From Gemmataceae bacterium (GTDB lineage: Bacteria > Planctomycetota > Planctomycetia > Gemmatales > Gemmataceae), in NCBI GenBank assembly GCA_035266225.1, contig DATFNV010000336.1, positions 134 through 64,133 on the forward strand: a DNA stretch of 64,000 nt. Direction: 5' to 3'. Each line of letters opens with the position of its first letter. Position 1 is the first letter of the stretch. Of the stretch, positions 1 to 8,244 are shown in pieces. The position numbers were made by a program, and so were the translations under genes. The notes under the pieces were generated by a model. It saw only the letters and a list, made by a program, of their open reading frames with translations, searched no databases and was not told the DNA's origin.

Positions 1-523
1 TCGCGAACTCCTCCAGGAGCGCCTGCAGGCGCTCGACGCCGTAGGCCGCCGGCACGACGGCGACCTTTTCGTCCAGCCGGGCGATCGGCACTTCCGCCCG
101 CGCCGCCGCAGCGCTGGCCGACGTGACACCCGGGATGATCTCGATCCGGACCTCCGGAAAGCGACGCAACTCTTCGTAGAGGTGCAAGAACGTGCTGTAA
201 AACAGCGGGTCGCCTTCGGTGATCCAGGCCGCCGACCTGCCCTGGCGCAGCTCCGCCGCAATCTCTTCGGCCGCACGCCGGTACGCCTGCCGGTCCGCCC
301 CTCGGTCGCGAGACATGCACAGCGACACCGGCCGAAACTTGGCGGGCGCCAGGCCGAGCGGCTCGACGATGCGGCGGGCCAAGCCGGTCCCGCCGCTCGT
401 CCCGGCCGGGTGGAAGATCCAATCGACCGCGCGCAGCACGCGCTCGGCCTTGCGCGTCATCAGTTCCGGGTCGCCCGGCCCGACGCCCACCCCGTAGAAC
501 CGGCCCATGCTGCCGTCGCTCAT
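1..523 (-). CDS. cbiL: precorrin-2 C20-methyltransferase (CbiL/CobI type); 3' end lies beyond the window edge
   Basis: Not in the ORF track because it is open at the edge. My minus-strand translation from ATG 523 reads MSDGSMGRFYGVGVGPGDPELMTRKAERVL...WITEGDPLFYSTF...IIPGVTSASAAAA, a corrin/tetrapyrrole methylase signature. ATGA overlap with the cobA stop at 520. Confidence 0.75.
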   Translation of the reverse strand, partial: MSDGSMGRFYGVGVGPGDPELMTRKAERVLRAVDWIFHPAGTSGGTGLARRIVEPLGLAPAKFRPVSLCMSRDRGADRQAYRRAAEEIAAELRQGRSAAWITEGDPLFYSTFLHLYEELRRFPEVRIEIIPGVTSASAAAARAEVPIARLDEKVAVVPAAYGVERLQALLEEFA

Positions 524-1290
524 GGCTCCTCGCGCCCCCCAGCGTGCTCTCCCAATTCCTTCCAGAACCTCACGACGTTGCCGACCACCAGCAGGGCCGG
601 CGTGTCCTCCGCCGCGGCCGACGATTCCCTGCCGATCTCCGCCAGCGGCGCCGCCAGGAGCCGCTGCGACGGGCAGGCGATGCGCGAGGCGCACAGGGCG
701 TAGGTCGCGGGGTCCATCCCCTGCCGCAGCAGGTCGTCGGCGATGGCCGCGACGTGCCGCGCCCCCATGTAGAAGACAAGCGTCTGCGAGCCGTCCACGG
801 CGAAGGGCCGGACCAGCCCGCGGAAATCGCCGCGGATCGCCTGGCTGCCCGTGAACAGCGCGACCGAGGAGGCCAGGTCGCGGTGCGTCAGCGGCAGCCC
901 CAGCGACGAGAGCCCGCCGACGCCGGCGCTGACCCCGGGGACGACCTCCCAGGGAATGCCGCGCTCGACCAGGAACGCCAACTCCTCGCCGCCGCGGCCG
1001 AACACGCCGGGGTCGCCGCCCTTGAGGCGGACGACGACGGCGTACCGCCGTGATGCCTCGTCCAGCAGGCAGTGGATCATTTCCTGTCGGCCCTCGGCAG
1101 GCAGGCCACAGCGTTTCCCGACCGGCACGATCTCACAACCGGCCGGGCAGAGGCGCAGCACGTCGTCGGTGACGAGGGCGTCGTGGAAGACGGCCTCCGC
1201 GCGGGCCAGGACGCGGGCGGCACGCACGGTGAGCAGGTCGGCCGCGCCGGGACCGGCCCCCGTGAGATAGACTGTGCCGCGCCGCATCAT
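520..1290 (-). CDS. cobA: uroporphyrinogen-III C-methyltransferase (SUMT)
   Basis: 256 aa. Motifs TVYLTGAGPGAADLLTVRA, LKGGDPGVFGRGGEE and VVPGVSAG match CobA / CysG C-terminal methylase. Lies in the cob operon. Confidence 0.88.
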   Translation of the reverse strand: MMRRGTVYLTGAGPGAADLLTVRAARVLARAEAVFHDALVTDDVLRLCPAGCEIVPVGKRCGLPAEGRQEMIHCLLDEASRRYAVVVRLKGGDPGVFGRGGEELAFLVERGIPWEVVPGVSAGVGGLSSLGLPLTHRDLASSVALFTGSQAIRGDFRGLVRPFAVDGSQTLVFYMGARHVAAIADDLLRQGMDPATYALCASRIACPSQRLLAAPLAEIGRESSAAAEDTPALLVVGNVVRFWKELGEHAGGREEP

Positions 1291-1305
1291 GGTCCCTCCG
1301 CCCGC

Positions 1306-2229
1306 TCAATGATGATGCCCGTGCCCGTGCCCGTGCCCGTGATGATGGTCTCCCTCCTCGTCCTGGCCGATGCCGCGGACATGGTGGTGGTGTCCGACCT
1401 GCGGTTGGCCGACCGCCTCCTCGAAGCCGGGCAGTCGCACCCGGTATTTGCACAATTCGCAGTTCATGTTGGGGCTGCCGTGGACCGCCTCCTCGGCCCT
1501 CTCCGCGAAGGCGTCGAAGAGCAGCGGGTGGACGTTGAGGTAGCCGGCACACAGGAACTCGCTGCCGGGGTGCTGCCGGCCGAATTCCTCGGTCTGCCGG
1601 CGGATGCGCTTCTCCAGTACGCCGGTGAACAGGAAGAAGGGGAAGACCACGACGCGGCGGAAGCCCATGCGCTGGCAGCGCTCCAGTGCCTCCGGCAACA
1701 GCGGCGTGGTCACCCCAATGTAGCAGGCACTGCCCCAGCCAAAGCCCATCCCTTCCCAAAGGAGACGAGCCAGCTTGGCGACGTCGGCGTTGGCGTCGGG
1801 GTCGCTGCTGCCGCGGCCGACGACGAGGAGCAGCGTGTCCTTGCGCTCGGCCGGCGCCGCGGCGCGCTCGGTTTCCTCGATGCGCAGCCGGCAGAGCTGG
1901 ACGATGTTCGGGTGCAGGTGCAGGTGCCGGCCGTAGTGGAAGCTCACGTCGGGGTAGCGCCGCCGTGCCTCGTGGATCTCGCTGGGGATGTCGTTTTTGG
2001 CGTGGCCGGCCGCCATGAGCATGCCGGGCAGCACCGCGACGGTCCTGGCCCCGCGCTCGACGCAGCGGCTGACGCCCTCGTCGATGACCGGCCGGGCGAA
2101 CTCGAGGAAGCCGCACTCGATGACCCGTTCCGGGTCGCGGGCGCGGAACAGCTCCACGATCTGGAGGAATTCCTGCGTGCCTTCCGCGTCGCGACTGCCG
2201 TGCCCGACGAACAACACCGCTGGTTTCAT
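1306..2229 (-). CDS. cbiX: sirohydrochlorin cobalto/ferrochelatase, long-form CbiX with His-rich tail
   Basis: 307 aa. Two CbiX-like halves (VLFVGHGSRD..., LLLVVGRGSSDPDAN...). C-terminus is GHHHHVRGIGQDEEGDHHHGHGHGHGHHH. Confidence 0.85.
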   Translation of the reverse strand: MKPAVLFVGHGSRDAEGTQEFLQIVELFRARDPERVIECGFLEFARPVIDEGVSRCVERGARTVAVLPGMLMAAGHAKNDIPSEIHEARRRYPDVSFHYGRHLHLHPNIVQLCRLRIEETERAAAPAERKDTLLLVVGRGSSDPDANADVAKLARLLWEGMGFGWGSACYIGVTTPLLPEALERCQRMGFRRVVVFPFFLFTGVLEKRIRRQTEEFGRQHPGSEFLCAGYLNVHPLLFDAFAERAEEAVHGSPNMNCELCKYRVRLPGFEEAVGQPQVGHHHHVRGIGQDEEGDHHHGHGHGHGHHH

Positions 2230-2247
2230 GGATACGCCTTTTGTGGT

Positions 2248-2369
2248 GTTTAGCCGCCGCCCGCTCGTAGTGACCCGATTTATCGGGTCCAGCTCAAACG
2301 GACCCGATAAATCGGGTCACTACGAGCGGGCGGCGGGGAAGAGCGCCGCCCCGAGGGCGGCGGCTAAAC
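2248..2369. repeat. nested palindromic element bounded by GTTTAGCCGCCGCCC ... GGGCGGCGGCTAAAC
   Basis: The outer inverted repeat encloses a 31-bp-arm inner palindrome (GCCCGCTCGTAGTGACCCGATTTATCGGGTC / reverse complement). The right end GCGCCGCCCCGAGGGCGGCGGCTAAAC is shared with the copies at 22976-23004 and 51828-51856. The element abuts the cobO stop codon (2370) exactly. Confidence 0.9.
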
Positions 2370-2972
2370 TCAAAACTCGACGCCCTTCTGCGCTTTGATG
2401 CCGGATCGGTACGGGTGCTTGACGAGCTTCATCTCCGTCACCAGGTCGGCCAGGTCGATCAATTCGTCGCGGGCGTTGCGGCCGGTGACGACGACGTGCA
2501 GCATCTCGCGCTTGCGCCGCAGCTCGTCGAGGACCTCGTCCAGGGGCAGGTAGCCGTGCTTGATGACCACGTTCAACTCGTCGAGAATGACCATGTCGAA
2601 GGACGGGTCGCGCAAGAGCGCGACGCCCCTGTCCCATGCCTTGCGCGCCGAGGCCGTGTCCTGGTCGCGGTCCTGCGTGTTCCAGGTGAAGCCGTCGCCC
2701 ATCGTGTGCATTTCCAGGCCGGGCAGCCGCGCCGCCAGGGCCGCCTCGCCGGTCGGGATGGCGCCTTTGATGAACTGCACGACGCCGACCTTTAGCCCCT
2801 GGCCCAGCGCCCGGAAGGCGAGGCCGAGGGCGGCGGTCGTCTTGCCCTTGCCCGCTCCGGTGTGGACGATGATCAGCCCCTTCTCGCGCGTGGCCTTCGC
2901 CTTGCGCTCCTCGAAGGCTTCCTTCTGTCGCGCCATACGCTGGCGGTGCAGTTCGTCGTTGTCCTGGGTCAT
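2370..2972 (-). CDS. cobO: ATP:cob(I)alamin (corrinoid) adenosyltransferase, CobO/BtuR type
   Basis: ORF 2370..3245 trimmed to ATG 2972 (MTQDNDE...). P-loop GLIIVHTGAGKGKTTAALG, then DMVILDELN and HVVVTGRNA. Confidence 0.88.
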   Translation of the reverse strand: MTQDNDELHRQRMARQKEAFEERKAKATREKGLIIVHTGAGKGKTTAALGLAFRALGQGLKVGVVQFIKGAIPTGEAALAARLPGLEMHTMGDGFTWNTQDRDQDTASARKAWDRGVALLRDPSFDMVILDELNVVIKHGYLPLDEVLDELRRKREMLHVVVTGRNARDELIDLADLVTEMKLVKHPYRSGIKAQKGVEF

Positions 2973-2987
2973 GGATACGCTCCCTCC

Positions 2988-3049
2988 GTTTAGCGGCCGC
3001 TCGCAGAGCGGCGCGGACGAAAGCGCCGCTCTGCGAGCGGCCGCTAAAC
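2988..3049. repeat. palindromic element GTTTAGCGGCCGCTCGCAGAGCGGCGC-loop-GCGCCGCTCTGCGAGCGGCCGCTAAAC
   Basis: Perfect 27-bp arms read directly. The last 6 nt (CTAAAC = GTTTAG on the minus strand) encode the final Val and the TAG stop of cobQ. Confidence 0.9.
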
Positions 3050-4552
3050 GGACTCTTGAATCATCGTTTCCAATCGTGTCATGTCCAGCGCCGCCTCGAC
3101 CACGTCGGCCAACCGCTCTAAGGAGTCGTGGAGCGAGGCGCCGGGGGCGGTCGCCGCATGTCCCCCGGCCCCCTCGCATAGGCTGTCGAGCCACGCCCGA
3201 CGCAGCCCTGTGTTGTGGAACAGCCCGTGCAGGTAGCATCCCCACACCCGGCCGTCGTCGCTCACAGCCCCGTCGGGCAGGCCGGCCCGCTGCCCGTTGC
3301 GCGTGGCGACGTCGAGCCAGGGGCGCCCGCCGGCAGTCCGTCCCACGTGAATTTCATAGCCGTCCACCTCCTGGCCGGCCGCGGCGCTCAACCAACCCGG
3401 CCCCCCCAGCACTTGTGCCTTTACCCGGAAGGTCGCCTTGTTCTCCGCGAATGTCGTTTCGACCGGCAACAGTCCCAGGCCGGCCGACTCCACCACCCGC
3501 GATTCGACACCGCACGGGTCGCGGATCACTCGTCCGAGCAGTTGGTAGCCGCCGCAGATGCCGGCGACCGCGGCGCCCCGGGCGGCCCGCTCGCGGACCG
3601 CCTCGGCCAACCCCGTGGCGCGCAGCCAGCCCATGTCGGCGACGGTACTCTTGGTGCCGGGCAGGATGATCGCGTGCGGGTCGCCCAGCTCGCCCGGCAT
3701 CTGTACGTAGCGCAGGGTGACGCCCGGTTCGGCGATCAGCGGATCGAAATCATCGAAATTCGCGACGTGCGGTAGCCGGATGACCGCGATGTCGATGCCC
3801 CCTCTCGCCGGCGCGGGCACGAACGAATCCAGGGCCACGGCATCCTCCTCCGGGACGGCGAGTGCCGGCAGGTGCGGAATGACTCCCAGCACCGGCACGC
3901 CGCCGCGCTCCTCCAGGATGCGGACGCCGTCGGCGAAGAGCGCCGGGTCGCCGCGGAACTTGTTGACCACCAGGCCGCGGACCAGGGCACGTTCCTCCGG
4001 CTCCAGCAGCCAGAGTGTACCGAGAAGCTGGGCGAAGATGCCGCCGCGGTCGATGTCCCCCGCCAGCAGCACCGGGGCGCGGGCGTAGCGCGCCAGGCGC
4101 ATATTCACGATGTCGAGCGCCCGCAGGTTCAGCTCCGCCGGGCTGCCGGCCCCCTCGATCAGCACCAGCTCGTAAACGGCCCGCAGCCGGTCGAGCGCCG
4201 CCGTGACGACCGGCCACAATGCCTCCTTGCGCCGGTAGTAATCGGCCGCGCGCAGCGTCTGCCAGGGTCGGCCGAGGACGATGACCTGTGAGCGCGAATC
4301 CCCCTCCGGTTTGAGGAGGACGGGGTTCATGTCGGCGGCCGGCTCGATGCCGGACGCCGCCGCCTGGACCGCCTGGGCCCGGCCGATCTCGGCGCCGTCG
4401 GGGCAGACGGCCGCGTTGTTCGACATGTTCTGCGCCTTGAACGGTGCCACCCGCATCCCCCGGCGGGCGAAGACGCGACACAGCGCCGCCGTCAGCAGGC
4501 TCTTGCCGACCGACGAACTGGTCCCTTGGATCATTAGCACCCGCGCGGGCAT
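3044..4552 (-). CDS. cobQ: cobyric acid synthase
   Basis: 502 aa. N-terminal ATPase domain (MIQGTSSSVGKSLLTAALCR...FKAQNMSNN) and C-terminal glutamine amidotransferase (ICGGYQLLG, GYEIH). Confidence 0.92.
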   Translation of the reverse strand: MPARVLMIQGTSSSVGKSLLTAALCRVFARRGMRVAPFKAQNMSNNAAVCPDGAEIGRAQAVQAAASGIEPAADMNPVLLKPEGDSRSQVIVLGRPWQTLRAADYYRRKEALWPVVTAALDRLRAVYELVLIEGAGSPAELNLRALDIVNMRLARYARAPVLLAGDIDRGGIFAQLLGTLWLLEPEERALVRGLVVNKFRGDPALFADGVRILEERGGVPVLGVIPHLPALAVPEEDAVALDSFVPAPARGGIDIAVIRLPHVANFDDFDPLIAEPGVTLRYVQMPGELGDPHAIILPGTKSTVADMGWLRATGLAEAVRERAARGAAVAGICGGYQLLGRVIRDPCGVESRVVESAGLGLLPVETTFAENKATFRVKAQVLGGPGWLSAAAGQEVDGYEIHVGRTAGGRPWLDVATRNGQRAGLPDGAVSDDGRVWGCYLHGLFHNTGLRRAWLDSLCEGAGGHAATAPGASLHDSLERLADVVEAALDMTRLETMIQESV

Positions 4553-4554
4553 GG

Positions 4555-5634
4555 TTACAGCACCTCCCGGATCGCGGTCAGGAGGCGCTCGTTCTCTTCC
4601 GGCCGGCGCGTGCTGATGCGGACGTGCTCGGGCAGGCCGAAGGAGGCACAGTCGCGGACCAGCAGGCCCCGCGTCAGAAGTCGATGCCGGAAGGCGGCGC
4701 CGTCGCCGACGTGGACCAGGAAGAACGGGACCGCCGACGGCAGCGGACGCAGGCCGAGCCCCGTCAGTCCGGCCGTCAGCGCCGCCTTCGCCTCAGCGAG
4801 CATCTCCAGGGACCGGGCCCGGTGCGCCGGGTCGCCGAGGGCGGCTACTCCCGCGGCCTGAGCCAGGGCGTTGACGCTCCAGGGCGATTGCACCCGCCGC
4901 AGCGCTTCGACCAGCGGCCCCGGCCCGACCGCGTAGCCGAGGCGCAGGCCGGCCAGGCCGCAGTCCTTCGTCAGAGAGCGCAGCACCAGGAGGTTCTCTG
5001 CCGCCACGTCGAGGGCCGAGCCGAAGTCCGCGGCGAAGGGCTGGTAGGCCTCGTCCACGACGAATAGCGCCGCCGGATACCGCCGAACCAGCCTCCCGAG
5101 GACGTCGGAACGGAGAACGGCTCCCGTTGGGTTGTTCGGATTGCACACGAACACGACCCGTGGCCGCAGTCGCTCAAGCGCACAGGCGAAGGGCATGAGG
5201 TCCGGCTGAAAATCGTCCTCGGCGCGAGCCTGCCACAGGGTCAGATGGCCCCCCATCAAGCGGGCGGCGCGGACATATTCGCCGTAGGTCGGCCCGAGTA
5301 CCACCACCACATCACCGGGCCGGACGAAGGCCAGCGCCGCCAGGAAAATCAATTCCGAGGCCCCATTGCCGGCGATAAGGCAGCCGATGGCGACGCCCAG
5401 CGATTCGGCCAGCGCCGTGCAGAGAGCCAGCGCCTCGCGGTCGGGGTAGCGGTCCAGAGAAACTTGGATCAGCGCCGCGCGCACGGCTGGCGACGGACCA
5501 TACGGATTGGTGTTGGCGCTGAAGTCGATGACCTTGTCGGGGTCGAGCCCGAGGCACCGCAATTCGCCGAAGTCCAGGGCACCGTGGACGACAGGGGGAA
5601 CACTCCGGATCGGACGACGCGGCTCAGGTGGCAT
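4555..5634 (-). CDS. cobD: threonine-phosphate decarboxylase (CobD/CobC, class I/II aminotransferase fold)
   Basis: ORF trimmed to ATG 5634 (MPPEPRR...), overlapping the cobS stop by 11 nt. Motifs FSANTNPYGP, VCNPNNPTG and SLTKDCGLAGLRLGY (PLP lysine context). Confidence 0.8.
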   Translation of the reverse strand: MPPEPRRPIRSVPPVVHGALDFGELRCLGLDPDKVIDFSANTNPYGPSPAVRAALIQVSLDRYPDREALALCTALAESLGVAIGCLIAGNGASELIFLAALAFVRPGDVVVVLGPTYGEYVRAARLMGGHLTLWQARAEDDFQPDLMPFACALERLRPRVVFVCNPNNPTGAVLRSDVLGRLVRRYPAALFVVDEAYQPFAADFGSALDVAAENLLVLRSLTKDCGLAGLRLGYAVGPGPLVEALRRVQSPWSVNALAQAAGVAALGDPAHRARSLEMLAEAKAALTAGLTGLGLRPLPSAVPFFLVHVGDGAAFRHRLLTRGLLVRDCASFGLPEHVRISTRRPEENERLLTAIREVL

Positions 5635-6442
5635 GGTTTCCTCCCGCCACGAAGAGCAGCAAGGTCGCCACCTCCAGCAACTCGCAGAGGGCGCCGTAGA
5701 CGTCGCCGGTGAGTCCCGGCAGACGGCGCAGCACGAAACGCCCACCGATCCATGTCATCCCCGCCGCCAGCGGGATCGCCAGGAGTGCGCGCCAACCGCC
5801 CGGCACCACGACGGCGATGCCAGCCACGACAGTCCCGGCGAACAAACTGGCGAGCAAGGCTTGCGGCCAGCGTGCGTGATCCTTCATGGCTCGTCCCAGC
5901 CCCTCGGGCCGCCCATAGGGGAAGCCGACCACCGCCACGGCCATCCCCCAGCGGCCGACCACGGGGGCCAGGACCAGCGCCGCCAGTCGCTCCGGGTTGC
6001 CGGCGAGGGCCGCGTACTTGAGCAGCAGCAGGAGAATTCCGCCGATGACGGCGAACGCCCCCGCGCGCTCATCGCGCATGATCCGCAACCGGGCCTCCGG
6101 CGTGTGGCCGCCGAACAGGCCGTCACAGGAATCGAGGAAGCCGTCCAGGTGCAGCGCCCCCGTAACCAGGACCCAGGCGGCCAGCACCAGCGCGGCCGTC
6201 ACGCCCGGCGGGAAGGCCAGTCCCAGGAGCCAATCCAGCCCGGCCAGCAACCCGCCAAGGAGGGCGCCGACCAGCGGGAACCAGCCGACCGACCGGCCCA
6301 GCTCCTTGGGGGAGAATGGCCGGCGCACCAGCGGCAGCACCGTCAGGAATTGCACGGCGGCCGCAAGCCCCAGTCCGCTGCGCTCTTCCTTATCCCCCGG
6401 GCGAGCCGGCGTCGCCTGTTTCTCCTGGAGAGAGGAGGTCAT
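5624..6442 (-). CDS. cobS: adenosylcobinamide-GDP ribazoletransferase (cobalamin synthase)
   Basis: Start at ATG 6442, in ATGA overlap with the cbiA stop. Polytopic membrane protein with LTVLP, FPLVG and HLDGFLDSCDGLFG motifs. Confidence 0.88.
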   Translation of the reverse strand: MTSSLQEKQATPARPGDKEERSGLGLAAAVQFLTVLPLVRRPFSPKELGRSVGWFPLVGALLGGLLAGLDWLLGLAFPPGVTAALVLAAWVLVTGALHLDGFLDSCDGLFGGHTPEARLRIMRDERAGAFAVIGGILLLLLKYAALAGNPERLAALVLAPVVGRWGMAVAVVGFPYGRPEGLGRAMKDHARWPQALLASLFAGTVVAGIAVVVPGGWRALLAIPLAAGMTWIGGRFVLRRLPGLTGDVYGALCELLEVATLLLFVAGGNHAT

Positions 6443-7821
6443 GCCCAACCTCCCTCGGTCCCCCCGCATGCCGCTACGAAGCGATCAGCCAGCCCCGGCC
6501 GCGCGGCGAAATGCAGGTGGACATACGATGCCCTCAGGCTGCCCAGCCGAGCGCCTTCCGGCCGCGCGTCCCCTTCCCCCGTGCGCGGCAGAAGGAACCA
6601 GGCCGGCGGCAGGTCGGTTGGCCGGTCCTCCCAGGCGGAGTAATGGAACTCGTGGCCGCGCACCGTCTCGCCCCCGGGAAGCAGCCACGAATCTCCCGCC
6701 ACCCGCGCCAGCCGGTAGCCGAGCGTCAGCCGGCCGCTCATGACCGAGCGCCCCGGCAGCAGGCCGACCATCTCATGTCGCCGCCCGTCGCAATCCACGA
6801 TCGCCTGAGTCAGGTACATCAGTCCGCCGCATTCGGCATAGATCGGCAGCCCGCGCCGATGGGCAGCGTGCAGGGCGGCGTGCAGGGGGCGGTTTGCCGC
6901 CAGGGCCTCGGCGTAGACCTCTGGGAAACCGCCGCTGAGGATGATCGCGCCCGTCCCCGCCGGCAGCATCGTGTCATTCAGCGGGCTGAAGAAGACGACA
7001 TCGGCACCGGCCGCGCGAAGCAGGTCCAGGTTGTCCTCGTAAGTGAACTGGAACGCCTCGTCGCGCGCCACCCCGATCACCGGACGGTTCCCGGCCGGCC
7101 GGCATTCGGCGTCAGGCGTCGTAGGCAAGGCTGGTGCCTGTTGGGCGATGGCCAGGAGCTGATCGATGTCCAGGTACTGGGCCACGACGTCACCGGCGGC
7201 GCGCACGAACTCCTCCCAGCGACCGGGCTCGCGGGTCGGGATCAGGCCAAGGTGCCGTTCGGGGATGCACAGCGCTTCGTCGCGCGTGACCCAGCCGAGG
7301 ACGGGGAGCCCGGTGGCCTTCGCAACGACCGAGGCGACTCCGCGGCCGTGTCCTTCCCCCGCGACGCGATTGATGATGAATCCGGCCAGCGGAACCCTCT
7401 CGTCGAAGCGCCGGCAGCCGAGAGCCACGGCGCCGGCGCTGCGTGCCATCTTCGAGGCATCCAGCACGACGATGACGGGCGCCCTGAGCAGCTTCGCCAC
7501 TTCGGCGGTGCTGCCGCACTCGTCGTCGTAATCGGCGCCGTCGTACAGCCCCATGACTCCCTCGATAATCGCAATATCGGCATCACGCGCGGCGCGGCTG
7601 AACAGCGAGCGGACGCGCTCCGGCGGCAGCATCCAGGTGTCGAGGTTGCGGCACGGCCGGCCGGCGGCCAGCGCATGGTAAGTCGGGTCGATGTAATCGG
7701 GGCCGACCTTGAACGGCTGGACGGTCAGTCCGCGCCGGCGCAGGGCGGCGATGATGCCCGTCGTCAGCGTGGTCTTGCCGACTCCGCTGTGCGTCCCCGC
7801 GATGACCAAGCGTCCTCCCAC
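6439..7821 (-). CDS. cbiA: cobyrinate a,c-diamide synthase
   Basis: ORF 6439..8031. There is no ATG upstream of the P-loop, so I chose GTG 7821, which is preceded by GGGGATGGGGGGA. Motifs VIAGTHSGVGKTTLTTG, PFKVGPDYIDP and the amidotransferase ECGGLMYL. Exact start is uncertain. Confidence 0.85.
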   Translation of the reverse strand: MGGRLVIAGTHSGVGKTTLTTGIIAALRRRGLTVQPFKVGPDYIDPTYHALAAGRPCRNLDTWMLPPERVRSLFSRAARDADIAIIEGVMGLYDGADYDDECGSTAEVAKLLRAPVIVVLDASKMARSAGAVALGCRRFDERVPLAGFIINRVAGEGHGRGVASVVAKATGLPVLGWVTRDEALCIPERHLGLIPTREPGRWEEFVRAAGDVVAQYLDIDQLLAIAQQAPALPTTPDAECRPAGNRPVIGVARDEAFQFTYEDNLDLLRAAGADVVFFSPLNDTMLPAGTGAIILSGGFPEVYAEALAANRPLHAALHAAHRRGLPIYAECGGLMYLTQAIVDCDGRRHEMVGLLPGRSVMSGRLTLGYRLARVAGDSWLLPGGETVRGHEFHYSAWEDRPTDLPPAWFLLPRTGEGDARPEGARLGSLRASYVHLHFAARPGLADRFVAACGGTEGGWA

Positions 7822-7844
7822 AGTGGGATCCCCCCATCCCCAGG

Positions 7845-8195
7845 TCAGGCGACCAATTGTTTCTCCTCCAGCAGCTTCAGACACAGCGAGCGCAGCGCTG
7901 CCAGTTCCCGCTGAAACTCGCGCTGCGCTTCCTCGGCTGGCAGCGCATCGAACAGGTCCGGCAACTGGACACCGCGACTCATGATCTCGTCGGCCGTCTT
8001 GTCCCGCAATCGTTTGCGGACGAACGAGCAATTCTCGGCATTGAAGAAGACCCGCAGCGCATTGCTGGCGCCGATCAGGCCGTTGGCCAACAGGTCCGTG
8101 ATGCCCAGGCTCAGCAGGCCGAAGAGGGCCAGTTGCTGCCTTCCCGTGCCGGCCGAGGCCGCGAGCAAGGCTTCAAGGTGGATGCCGTCGTTCAT
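7845..8195 (-). CDS. hypothetical 116-aa protein inside the cob operon
   Basis: ATG 8195 (MNDGIHLEALLAAS...LKLLEEKQLVA). Fills the gap between the chlI/D fusion and cbiA on the same strand. Visibly lower GC than its neighbours. I recognise no motif. Confidence 0.5.
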   Translation of the reverse strand: MNDGIHLEALLAASAGTGRQQLALFGLLSLGITDLLANGLIGASNALRVFFNAENCSFVRKRLRDKTADEIMSRGVQLPDLFDALPAEEAQREFQRELAALRSLCLKLLEEKQLVA

Positions 8196-8244
8196 GCGCG
8201 TACACGTCGGGGTACAGGTGCAGTGGCATGCCACTCTCGGGGTA

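Noticed and set aside
7822-8031. 70-codon N-terminal extension of cbiA given by the ORF track.
   Set aside because: It overlaps the 3' end of the upstream hypothetical gene (stop at 7845). The residues are Arg/Ala/Ser-rich, and the P-loop begins right after the GTG at 7821.
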